Shown here one piece after another: positions 1-11,800 of a DNA stretch of 43,126 bases. The stretch comes from Vitrella brassicaformis CCMP3155. Taxonomy: Eukaryota > Protista > Chromerida. Location: assembly GCA_001179505.1 (NCBI GenBank), contig CDMY01000610.1, forward strand, positions 1 through 43,126. Direction: 5' to 3'. Under the pieces are notes generated by a model, which was not told the DNA's origin, did not search any database, and saw only the letters and a program-made list of their open reading frames with translations. The stretch's first letter is position 1. Each line of letters opens with the position of its first letter. The position numbers were made by a program, and so were the translations under genes.

Positions 1-898
1 ACTTAATCCTTTATCCGGGACTGACCGCCCGGCAGATCCTCTCTTCACCATTCTCCCCGACTCTCTCCCACCTATTCTTACAGTTAGAACGCGAAAAGGC
101 TCTTTTATCAAGGAGATCGAATGTAGCAGCTTAGCTCGCACACAATGGAGGTCGAATCCATTCGTCGCTCGTTCAGGTGGTCGCATTGGAGTGTTGGTCT
201 GAACAAATATGCATATGCACACGAACATGCAGCGAGCAGGTGTGAATGCACTTGTATTGTATGCAACCTAGTATGTATGTATACGAATGCCTTACGTACA
301 GGTGTATGTCTGGTGGATGGAAGACAGGACAAAAACGGACACATCGCATGATATGGTGTGTACGTAAGCCAGACGCCAGCCTGAGCAGCACACACATACA
401 TGGCTCATGCACATATAGCTAGAGCGCACTCATTCGTCCACGCCCCGCCAACTTCTGAAGAAAGGGCCTCCGTTGGCTGTGAGTGTGACCAATCATACAG
501 CCCTCAGCCAACGGAGGCCCAGAAGGATCCCAGCCCGACCAAAAACAAGGCAGCAACGCAGGCACCTTACGCCCCTCACCGCCTGCCTGTACATGTGTGT
601 ATCTCGCTTCCCTTTGACTGATGCATATGTAGGCCCTCTCTCCCTCTCTCTATGCAAAAAGGACAGTTGCACGCACGGACGAATCAGTCAATCAATCAAT
701 CGCTGCAAGACCTCTAAAAATGAAGCATTCGGCATTGTATACGTATATAAATGTCGGTGTTGACGTATAGAAAGACATGCACACAAACAGACAGACATGA
801 AAAAAGCCCTAAGGCGCCACTTCTGAATGACTGATGACCGCATGAATGAGACGCCCTATCTATATACACCAAGGAAGGCAAGGCATCCATCGATATCG

Positions 899-3800
899 TC
901 AGGCCACCCGCGGCACTGGCCTGCATTGGCTCACACATACACACACCCATGTGAAACTGTTCGCGTGTACGTGGATGAGTGCTGTGTAGGTACGTACATC
1001 GACGTAGAATTGAAGGCGTTCACAATGGCTTTAGCGTGCTTGCTGATGGCATCTGTGGGGTACTCAGTTAGCTTGTGGATGGACTCCTGGCAGCCACTCT
1101 GCACACAGACACGAAGCACATACTCGCACCTGTGTTAGACGTGCCCGTGTCAGTCAGGTCAGACCCTGCCAATGATGAGGTCCTTGACGCGTGTGCTCAA
1201 CGCCTCGGTCCCGCTGACAGGTCGATGCATCCACGACACACAATCACACACATGCGGTGCGGACGTCGGGCGTGCATGGGTTCGTCATACTTGGTGATGA
1301 TATCCTCGATCGACTTGAGCGCTGGAGCAAGTATGAAATCTCCCTGGTGATGGCGGGCAGGCCAGGACATGACCATGGCGCATGTAACGCGCTCAACGCA
1401 CTGGTACTCGACTGCGTGTGTCCGCTCCGTTTCGTTGCCCCAGGCCAGCAAGTTGATGCACGTGAAAGTCATCAGTCCGAACACTGCTGAGGACTTGTCC
1501 TTCTTAGCAGAAATCAGCTCACGGTAGGCTGTGAAGGTATTCGGCAGCACTGCCGCGTCGATGATGCTCGTGACGTCCGGACGCCTGCTCAGTTGGTTGA
1601 CACAGCCAAACAACGAAAAGCGCCGTGGGTTTCTCCTCCGCCGATTCACTCACTTGCCGTTAAGTATGTGGTGTCCGAGCGTGGCGGTCAGTGTGCCGGC
1701 GCTATTGTTGCGAATATCGGTATCAGATGAGAGCAGCAAGCTCGACAGCTTCATCAGTACATCACGCCCAGACAATATCTCTGCAAGAACAGATACACAC
1801 ACTTGTGCCCACCCTTCCTGCCTGCCTCCCTCCCTCCCTCCCTCCCTCTCTGTCTGTCTGTCTGTCTGTCTTGCCATGGCCCTTTCTTTCTTACCCACTG
1901 TGGGATCATTCGCGTTCCATTCGAGGCCCTTCCATTCGCCATGCACATTGACTGCGAATGCGAGCATCCAGGTGGCGGCTTTGGTGAGCGCCACCCCGTC
2001 GTCATCATCGCCGTCGTCGTGGTCGTCGAGCAGGTCGAGCACAAGAGACACCCCGCCCGCATCCAAAAACTCATCCACCCACAGGGTGCGATTCTGACCA
2101 GAGGTATCAGAAGTCGCCCAAACCGCCACATCAGACAGGAGCTTGAAGGTGTCTGCGGCCACATCCATGAGACCCAGCCCCATCGCTTGCTGGACGCCTG
2201 TGGCCAGGCCGGAAATGGCGCCCACTCTGGAGTTAACCAACACACAAGCCGCGGGATGGTCTTATGTACCCACAAGGCCTGTCTGCCTCCCTGCGTCTGT
2301 GTGTGGGTGCGTCTGTGGGTTCCTACCTGACGAGGACGTCGGCGGCTTGGGAGCCCATCTCTGCCACCTGCTGCAGTAGGTCCCGAGCCGCACGCCGCAC
2401 CTCATCATTCTCAAAGTCGACTGCAAGGTGAAGCAGGACGCTACCGTAGAGGTCAGCAACGCCCGCAGCAGTCTCATCCGAGCCATCATTCATGGATGCC
2501 GTGATCCGCTCCATTGCACGCAGCTGCTGGCTCTCATGTGGGCCTTCCAGCTGATCAATCACACTGGGATGCATCCCACCATCCTGCAGACAGACACATA
2601 CGGACAGCCAGCCAAGACGAAAGACGCGTTGTCTACTCTGTGTGTGTTGGGATGGGCAGTTGGAGAGGAGGGGGGTCGCGTACGTGTAGCGACACGGAGG
2701 CGAGGATCTTCTTGGCTTGTGCGCCGATGGAATCATTATGATACTTGGCAATCTCCGCGATCGACGACAGGCAGCCGGGCTGCAGGAGAGAAGGCAAGGG
2801 AGAGTCTCTCTCAGGACATCACAAAGGCGCGTCCAGTTGTATGCATACAAACTAACCGTTTCGATGATGATGTCTTTGACGCGCTGAGTCAACGAGGCAG
2901 ACTCCCGGCTGATCGATCGTAAGTGACGCGAGCACACAGACAGCGTGTGGGCAGACAGCTCTGTCTGTCTTCTCGTGTGCCTCTCTACCTGAGCACACGA
3001 CCAAGAGCGAGAATCGTTCCCCGCGACTGCACCAGCTGCACGCTTCTCTGCGGCCCTTCCGGCAGCTCAGCGGCGTCCCTGTACTTGTGCATCTCCTCAC
3101 ACGACAGCTCCACACACCCGTTGTGCACTGCATGCGCTTGCTGCAGCACACATGCAGATGCAGAGTTAGAGAAAGAGAGATGGCTCATGTGTGTGCTGAA
3201 AGACCAACCTGCATCTCGTTTCCGTCCTTGATCAGGTAGTCACATGCACTCCTCACGACCAAGAAGTAGTAATCCCCGTCCAGGCCTTTAGCCCAGTGGT
3301 CCTCATGATATGCTGCCATGGCATTCGGAACCACTGAAGCCGCGACGATTCGCGCAAGGCCCACAGGCAGCGTCTCGGGACGGCCCTTCCAATCTGACGG
3401 GTGGGGTGCGTAAACACACAGGCGCACCTCTCTCTGGTGTACATGCCACTGTTTTTGGCGTGCAGCGCAGCCTTACTTGCCACTTGCCCCGTCGCCGTGA
3501 GCGCCATGTACATCAGCCCAGCAGCCGACAATCGCGTGACAGGGTCGGCTGCCAAGAGCAGGGGCGACAGCTTTGTCACTGCATCATAATCCACCAAATC
3601 ATCCGCCACATGGTCCGACCACAAATCAAACCTCTCCTGCACAGCAACGGGATCATCATCCGAGACGCCGAAGGCGCCGGGCGAGGTTCGCGCCAATAGG
3701 TCGATCGCAGTCGCCCCAATCCTCAGGAGCCCCCCGTCCGTCAAGGCAAGGATGGGAGCCGTGTCATTGGCGTAATATTCCAGCAGCTTCGAGGCGACCG

Positions 3801-4381
3801 GCACGCCACGAGCCTCGATGAAGTCATCCACCAGGGCCGTCCCCTGGCTGGCGATCAACGTGCGAAGGGATCCTAGGAGGGTGCCCACACTGCTGCTGCC
3901 CATGTCCTTGTCGATGGCCTCGACCAGCGAGGGGATTGCGCCTTGGCTGAGCAAACAGACAGACAGACAGACAGACAGAAAGACAGACAGACAGACAGAC
4001 ACCGATGCATCCATAAATGCACACGCACCTCCCCACATACCTGACGAGCGATTCCACCGCGCGAGTGCCAGCACTGGCCATGCAGTGTAGCAGATCTCCA
4101 GCTGCACGCTGCACCTCGTCGCGCCCAGAGGTGCCGTTGCCCACCAGCTCAAAGATAAGTGCCCCGAACATGTCGGCCATGGTGGCCGCCACATCCTCAT
4201 GCCGTGTGGCTGTGCTGTTGGAGATGACGAACTCCATGGCCCGCAAGGCACTGAGTTGCTGACGCGTGTCGGTGCTCCGCAGCTGCTTCATCACATTGTT
4301 GGGCGTCGCATCATCGTCCTGCGCAGCGCCGCCCACGGCCGCCGACACGAAAGCCAGTGCCAAGGCCGCAGCCGACAACAT
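899..4381 (-). CDS. Multi-exon secreted ARM/HEAT-like helical repeat protein built from two tandem paralogous modules
   Basis: ATG at 4381 starts a signal-peptide-like MLSAAALALAFVSAAVGGA. Exons join through GT-AG introns to a TGA at 899-901 (...NSTSMPVPRVA*). Module 1 (about 4381-2680) and module 2 (about 2585-899) share motifs: DEVQRAAGDLLHCMA/DEVRRAARDLLQQVA, GAIPSL/GAISGL, SVVPNAMAAYHE/AVLPNTFTAYRE, LTQRVKDIII/LSTRVKDLII. The ARM/HEAT fold is inferred from amphipathic helical patterns only. Confidence 0.6.
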
Positions 4382-4554
4382 CAGCAGACTTCCCCTTTCA
4401 CCTCCCCACAGGGCGGCGAGGTTTGTGATGAGACGGCTTCTCGCTTGGTGGCAGGATGAAGCTGGGGACCACAATGCAGCCCAGATCACGATGGTTGCTT
4501 CGGCGGACGAGTTGCCCTGCTCGCGAGCTTAGCTCGCAAGTGGGAGGAAGAAAA

Positions 4555-6344
4555 ATGGATGACGCAGAGGAGCTTTCAACGCTTTCGACGCTGCGGCAGC
4601 AGATCGATGAGTTAAAACGCGCTCTCGAACGGGAAAAACAGAGCAGAGAAGAAGAAAGGTGTGTAGCGCACGGAGAGCGACTCATCCATCCATCCATCTG
4701 CCTGTTGCACGCCGCAGGAGGGGTCGTACTCGTGCTGAGGGTTTGCTGCGGCAGAATGCGGAGCGGCTGCTGGCGAGGCAGGGATACACCTTCCCGCCCA
4801 TCGGCATCCTGCACTCGCCATTCAGACAGGTACAGAGTGCAGTGCACAGCCGTGAGTGATGCAGGTGCGTGCACACACGTGTGGTGTATTGGTGCAGCGG
4901 CGGGGCACCCCGAGGCAAGGCCTGCTCGCCCCTTCCGGTGGGTACACAGACACTTGAATCCATGGATCTGATTGCGTTGTGTATGGCATCTGCATGTCCG
5001 TCAGTGCGGAGTGTGCTCAAGCTGGAGCCGACAGTCAACTGGGATGCGGCCATGGACGGCATGCAGGCAAGCACGACGTACACGAGATAGATAAGGGGAC
5101 AGGGAGGCAGGCAGGCAAATTGGCATGTGTTGTTGTCCAGAATTTCTCTCACGTGTGGCTGGTGTACATATTCCACCTCAACACCAACGTCGCCAACTTC
5201 GCCGCCACTCGACAGGCACAACGGGGAGGCGAGGTAGGTATGATGAACACACCCCTCGTGTGTCCGTCGATGAGAATGCACATGCTATGCTGCCTTCAGG
5301 GCGACTCCTGTGTGCCTGTGAGTGAGCCGTTCGCCGGTCTGCGAACCAAGATCACCCCGCCACGGTGCGACGGTGCCTTCAAGGTGGGCGTCATGGCCTG
5401 CAGGTCGCCACACAGACCCAACCCCATCGGCCTCAGCATCGCCAAGTCAGTCAGCGGAAAAGTCACAATGACGCACGAACGGCAGAAGGGAAGAATGGGT
5501 GCATGGTGCTGCTTGCCGTCAGGTTGGTTCGTGTCGATGTGGGGCGGAAGGAGCTCATCCTGGAGGGAGCTGATGTTGTCCATGGTAGCACATCCATGCA
5601 GCAGCAGAATCATACCACCCTCTTGCCTCATCTGCCTGGTTGTGCAGGCAGCCCCGTGATCGACGTGAAGCCGTACGTGAGTCTGTTCGACTCGCTGCCG
5701 CACGCCAGCCACCCATCGTGGGTGCAGGAGTCGTATGCTGCGCCAATGCGGCAAGTGGAGATGACCCCACGGGCACTGAGGGAATGGGACACACTCACAG
5801 GTCGGCGGGCGGAGCGGGGCGGCGAGGATGAACGAATCAACGAAAGAAAACAAGAGCAACCCGCATCCTCCGTTGTGGTGCTATGCTGTGGTGTGTGGGG
5901 CTGTCAGATGATTCGTCGGATCTGTCACCCCACCCTTTTGACTCATGGGAAGATGTAAGCAACCAACACACACACACACACACACAGCAGCGCCGAGGGG
6001 CATAGATTGAATTGCGCACTCACTCACTGATCGATCAGGTCCGTTCGTCTCTGGCCGAGGTGCTGTCGATGGACATTCGCTCGCCCCACCAGCGCTCAGT
6101 CGACGCGTCAACAGTGCATCCGTCCAGGCGCCCACAGATCAGCGCCGCGAGCGGCCAGCCAGAGGCCACTGACTACGATGAGGTGTATGGGTATTTGGGT
6201 GAGGTGGTGTATCTTCACTTTCGGGTGGTGTACGGCATCAGGAAGGGGGCGGGGGCGGGGGTGGGTGATACGAATGTGACCGAGGTAGTGACGATTGAGA
6301 GGTGGAGGGGGGAGGAACAGAGGGGCGAGGATGACTGGAGCTGA
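4555..6344 (+). CDS. TRMO: tRNA (adenine-37-N6)-methyltransferase TrmO/TsaA family, multi-exon
   Basis: Exons encode family motifs: PIGILHSPFRQRRGTPRQGLLAP, MDGMQNFSHVWLVYIFHLN, KITPPR, VGVMACRSPHRPNPIGLS, LILEGADVVHGSPVIDVKPY, LAEVLSMDIRS. There is an N-terminal coiled-coil extension. Confidence 0.9.
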
Positions 6345-6824
6345 CGTGACGTAATATGACTTGTAGGTCACCCAATGTGCTGTGCTGCTTTGTGGCGTGC
6401 AAATGCCTGTAAGGATGTCTGCCGTGTGTGACGCAACCATGATATTATCGAATGATGTCTTGACGATATGGTGTGACGTGAGCATTCATCTAATTTCGCA
6501 TGCATGGTCTGTGTACACTCGACCCACACCGACAGGCACATGGTGGTCCGAATTGCAGCAGGACCTGCAGGACATGCTCACAAGGAAGTGGAAGCGAGGG
6601 AGTATTTCCCCGCCCCCTTCCTCGTGAGCAGCTCCTGCAAGCCCTGCTGAATTGGCCTCACACATTTATGCCAGACAGCCAGAGACAGACCGACACAAAA
6701 CACACTATGTAATGAACTCTCATTGACCACGCCGTCCCTCACATATAAAAGTGTCAATTGTACACTTGTACGCACACAAAAACACCCCCAGACAGCCTGC
6801 GATCCCTCCCGTCTGTCCGTCATA

Positions 6825-8075
6825 TCATTGCTCTTTCTTCCCCTCTTCTCTAATTGACCCATCCCCCTCCTGCTGCTCTGCTGCCGAACAGCTGCTCTTG
6901 TGCGTCTTGCCTCTCTTCTCCTTATAAGAGGCATAGCTGTACCAGAAGCTCCCAGCCAGACACACGAGTGTGCCCAGCCATCCCTTGGCAGTGAGTGTCT
7001 CGGAGAAGACAGCCACGCCCCCGATCGTCTGCACGCACGACTTGACGTAGCCGATGACGACACACGTGACGGGGCTGACCACCCGCAGGCACAGGAAGGT
7101 CGTGAACGAGATGCCCACACCCATCAGCCCCGACACCATCACCAACACACACAGCACCCACTGCCGCGGCACCCCGGCATCACCGCTGAAGACCTGGTCG
7201 ACCAGCTGGTCGTACTCGCCGCTGAGCCATATGAGTGGCGGGAAGAGCACGAGAGCATACGAGTTGACATAAGCCATCAGCTGGCACTCGGCCCCGTTCT
7301 GGTGGGCGAAGCTCACTTGGCCGCCAACATGCTTCACACCCACCATGTAGAAGGCGCCGAACAGTGAACCAAGGCTGCCCGTCAATGCGCCGAATACGCT
7401 GAGGGTGTCAGGGTCAAACGTGGCGATGAGCAGGCCGAGCAGCGCCACAAGGCACGCCGAGAGGGCCTCCATGGACAGGGGGTCAGACTTGAGGAGCAAT
7501 GAGGACAGCAGCAGGTTGAATAGGATGGAGGTGCTGCGGGCCACTTGGTATACCGCCACTTGCACATACCGCTGCACATACGAGAGAACACGCACATGAG
7601 AACCGGCAGTGTGAAGGTCTTTTTGCTCTTGTGCACACACCAGGCAGATGTTGTTGAAGGCGAGCATGCCCACAAAGAGCACGGCAAGGGGCAGCACCCG
7701 TCTCCCGTCCTCCCACCGCCACTCAATCGGGCGGAAGAAACCCTTGACTGACACAGGGCATGACGTGTGGCAGGTCCAGCTGCCGAGCACCACCGACAGC
7801 ATCAGGCCAATCACCTGCTGCACCCACGAGAGGAACAGCGGCAGCGGCACCATCTCGGTGAAGAGCAGCCGGTTGAGCCACACGAGGCCGATGGAGCAGG
7901 CGCAGTAACTGCTGACTGCGAAGGCCGTGCTGAAGGGCGGGGAGGGAGGGGTGTCATTGCTGGTCCTTGTGTGTGTGTCATCCTCTGCAGAGCAAGGCGT
8001 CTTTCCGTCGGGAGCGGGGGATGACGGTGTGGACTGCGTGTCGGAGGGACAGGTCGAAGACGCTGTTTCGGCCAT
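6825..8075 (-). CDS. Nucleotide-sugar transporter, GDP-fucose transporter (SLC35C1-like)
   Basis: About 10 hydrophobic segments and motifs SIGLVWLNRLL, MLAFNNICLRYVQVAVYQVARSTSILFNLLLS, SPVTCVVIGYVKSCVQT. One in-frame 69-nt intron at 7572-7640. Start taken at MAETASS (8075). Confidence 0.85.
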   Translation of the reverse strand: MAETASSTCPSDTQSTPSSPAPDGKTPCSAEDDTHTRTSNDTPPSPPFSTAFAVSSYCACSIGLVWLNRLLFTEMVPLPLFLSWVQQVIGLMLSVVLGSWTCHTSCPVSVKGFFRPIEWRWEDGRRVLPLAVLFVGMLAFNNICLVCAQEQKDLHTAGSHVRVLSYVQRYVQVAVYQVARSTSILFNLLLSSLLLKSDPLSMEALSACLVALLGLLIATFDPDTLSVFGALTGSLGSLFGAFYMVGVKHVGGQVSFAHQNGAECQLMAYVNSYALVLFPPLIWLSGEYDQLVDQVFSGDAGVPRQWVLCVLVMVSGLMGVGISFTTFLCLRVVSPVTCVVIGYVKSCVQTIGGVAVFSETLTAKGWLGTLVCLAGSFWYSYASYKEKRGKTHKSSCSAAEQQEGDGSIREEGKKEQ

Positions 8076-8319
8076 GCTGAGCTGGAACAGCCCCTCCCAA
8101 CAGCTTCTCTCTGCTGATTGATCGACCTTTTCTTGCGAGCTCAGAAATCGTGCGAGGTGAGGACAGCAGGGAACGAATTCATTGCAAATGTGGCGAAGTG
8201 TGGCGGAAGGGATGCTGTTTGGTGCCCAGGTTCGCTCACTTGGACGAGCACAAGTCCCGTTCGCCTTGCCGTTCGCCACGCGCACACACATAGATGCACA
8301 CATGCTTAGTTGACGAATT

Positions 8320-8745
8320 TCAATTCACGAGGCATGCGTCAGAGTGAGAACAGACGATTCCGGATATAAAATGTAGGCAGCGATGCAAAGGCTGCAGACG
8401 ATTCTTGGCCATCTCCCTCGCCAGCAGTACCTCGAGTGCCACGAACCCTGGCGTGCCCGTCTCGTACAGCGACGACAGGCTCCAGTCCAGCCTGCTGGGC
8501 CGAAGGAGAGCCAGGCCGAAGTCGGCTATCTTGACTCCCGCCCTGCTGGGGCTAACTAGCAGGTTGGCCGGCTTGATATCCCGGTGCCACACCCCAACTT
8601 GTGCAGGTGCTGGTGGGGGGGGCGGGGTCTCGCGTGGGGGATTGGGGTGGGCTTCCACGCCGTTGACTCGCTTGGCGAAGGTCTTGACCGCTCGGGTCTC
8701 CCCACTGGCCTTGTGGACGGCCTCGAAGAACTCAATGTCAACCTA
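8320..8745 (-). pseudogene. Degenerate or truncated protein kinase domain
   Basis: Contains RAVK, HRDIKPANLL, KIADFGLA and GTPGFVALE. Only about 32 codons separate VK from HRD, there is a 1-nt frameshift between HLHKLG and VWHRD, and no subdomain IX-XI precedes the stop at 8320. Confidence 0.6.
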
Positions 8746-8839
8746 CATTCTGGTGTGTTGACACACACACACACACACACACACAATACACACACAGAGA
8801 GAGAGAGAGAGAGAATGAGCATGAGCATGAGCATGAGCA

Positions 8840-11800
8840 GGAGTGCCGACGTGAAGGCAAGTTTTGCGTATGCATCCTTCCTTACCAAACACGGCTTGGG
8901 CTTGTTGCGATGGATGAAGGGCATCTTGAGCATGCAGGAGGCCATCTGCATACACATACAGACATTCATGCAAGCGCCCATTAATCTAGGGAGGGACTGT
9001 GTGTGCCTCTCGCGCGTGTCCGTACCGCCCAGATGTGTATTCGGAGTACTGGCGTCGGACACATACATACACACACAACACGACAACACCATGGATACAC
9101 ATACATTGTTGAGTGCGTCTATCTGCCCTTGCCTGTTTGGCGTCATCGTCCCTTCAGTCACGAAATGCTTGGGTACTATGCACAGATCCCCAGGGGAGCC
9201 ACGCAGGTCGAACGGAGCTTGCTCATCCTGAAGCTTGCCGTCGTCTCTTTCCGACGAATCAGCCACAGCCCACTTCTTCTTGCCGTCAGGCACCTGGGCG
9301 ACGCCCTCGAGGAATGATGGCGTGTCGCTAACAGACACAAACACATACACACACACACACAAAACACAACACCATGGATACACATACATTGTTGAGTGCG
9401 TCTATCTGCCCTTGCCTGTTCGGCGTCATCGTCCCTTCACCGACGAAATGCTTGGGTACGATGCAGAGATCGCCAGGCGAGCCACGCAGGTCGTCAAGTT
9501 GCCGCCAAAGGGATCGACTGACACACACAATGAACGAAAAAGTGAATGAATGCACACACAGGCGAGTCCTTCAGACACGTGTGTGGTGCCTGCCTGCCTG
9601 CCTCCCTCCCTCCCTGCCTCCATGTGCTAATACCACCATGCATCTTGTCTCCCTCCGTCTTGCTGCTGCCGATCGATCACTCACTGCATGAGCAGGGGCG
9701 ATGCCTGCCGATCATCGAAGGGCAAGGGAGGATTTACGGGTCGCTGCTCCTGGTAGGACACAGCTGACTGATAGTTGCCAGGGTTGTTGAGGAGGCATCC
9801 TGGGGGCAGCTTCAGCTCCTTGGTACGTACCTTGATGAAGCTGGGCATCCCCCCAAAGCGACAAACGACTGGTCACACCTGACAGACACCAACACGTGGA
9901 TGGATGGATGGATGGATGGCGCCAGAAAGACATGTGCACGCGTGTGTCGGTAAGTCGGCGCTCGTGCGGCTGGCTGACTGACCGTGGGAGCAGAGCGTCA
10001 GCGAGAGGAGATCGCCAACAGCCCCGTTCTCGATCATACTGAACGGTCCGCCCAGCATATGCATGCATGTGGATATATGGAAGGCTGTTGCTGGTATTCA
10101 TTCGTTCATTATATGCATCCATATACCTGCCGTTGTTTGGTGAGTGGGGCGGTCCAAGTCGACTGTGCCGCATGCGAGGCACCTTGGCCTCCAGCAACAC
10201 AGGTGTGTGCCAGGATCCATGTCGACCAAAGCGAAACTGAATGATGCACTGACAGATACACAGACACACACGTTGCTTCGGTGGATGGGTCGGTCGCTCG
10301 GTAAGTGGGCGGGGTGGGTCTGTTTCATCCTGTCCAACAACAGCTGCCGGTCCTGTGGCCTCGACACACACGGGATCTGCACACTACATACACAGTTGGC
10401 ATTGAGCCCATCCAGCATCGTAGAGTAATGACGTGTGAGTGCGGCTGAGTCTTCACACTTCTCAGCTCCCACCGAGATCTCGAATCTTGTCGTCCTTGTC
10501 GCGTAGAGTGTTGCTCTGCCTCTGCACAGACGGAGACATATGTGAAGGCATCTTAGTAAATGACACGCAAATCCCTCGCCTCCCTCCCTCACCCTTGTTA
10601 ACTTCGTGGTGCTTCCAGGTAGGCACCCATGTCGAGGGCAGGGACGGAAGCTCTTCTCTCCGGTACTTCGGGATATAAAACGTACGCAGCGATAGGGCTG
10701 CACACCATAAAAGAAAACAGAGAGGGACAGACATACGCTTTTTGAACAGACATTATGCCCGCTCTCACCTTTTACCGCCCCCCGTCTCCTCCTCATCTTC
10801 TTGGCCAACGACAGCAACAGGTCCTCGGTCGGCGCCCACACACACGATCTGCACACAACACACACAGACACACACACACACACACACATAGACATAGACA
10901 CAGATGCCATCTATCTTTTGTCTATCTCTTTGATGCACCCCTCCCTTCTCTGTAACGGATGATCGGTGTGTTCTTTCGTCTTGTTGGCCTCTCAAGCTTA
11001 CAAGACGCTCAGCTGGGTGTGTGGGGCTCCGCCGTGCACCTTGATGCCCTCCTGGATCCCCGAGACACTGTAGTGCTCAGCCCTACACAAACGTTTTAAT
11101 GTATGTGTGGTGGACGGACGTGCACGCCGCCCACAGACCGGACACGACAGACACAGCCGATCAATCAATGAAGCATAGCATTTCCATACTGTGGTCACTC
11201 GCCTCGCTGGCTCTCTCGTCGTGTGTGGGCCTGCCTGCCTGCCTGCCCGCCCGCCCCGCCCCACGTACGCAACGCACCGGTTGTGTTCCTCTTCTGTGGG
11301 TCTTCTGGCAGGGGTAGACTGGCAGAAACGCTGTCTGCACTCCGGCGGGTCTTCCGGACCCTTGAACGGCTCCTCCAGCACCAAGAACACCTGAGCGCAC
11401 ACACACACACGCACACACAGCCATATGAGTGTGTGTGCAGAGGTGGGGTGACTGAGTCAGTGGGTGGGTGGGTCACGTAACGTACCATGTCACGGTCGAC
11501 GTCGAGCCGTCCGCCGTTGCGTCGCCTCTCAAGCTCCTCTTCGTCGAGACAAAGAAACACACATAAGTGCAGCTGCAGGTTCGCACACTGCAGACACACA
11601 AAGAAAGAAAGAAAGAGATCCATCCATCCATCCATCCCGGTAGGCAGGTACATAGGCAGACAGGAAGATGACTGACCCCTGCTTCCACTGGTCGGAAGTC
11701 GTTGAACCGGGAAACGAGTTGCTGATGGGACACCAGCTCCCGCATCTTGGAGAATCCGTCAACTTGGGCGCCCTCGCCAGACCATGCTGACCAATGGATG

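Noticed and set aside
1-890. Short ORFs at the window start
   Set aside because: They are Cys/His/Thr-rich translations of CA/TG-rich non-coding DNA with no motifs. Probably 3' UTR or intergenic.
899-4381. Sil1/Fes1-type ER nucleotide exchange factor
   Set aside because: Signal peptide plus ARM-like helices would fit, but there is no C-terminal ER-retention motif, the protein is a two-module duplication, and I recognise no Sil1 motifs.
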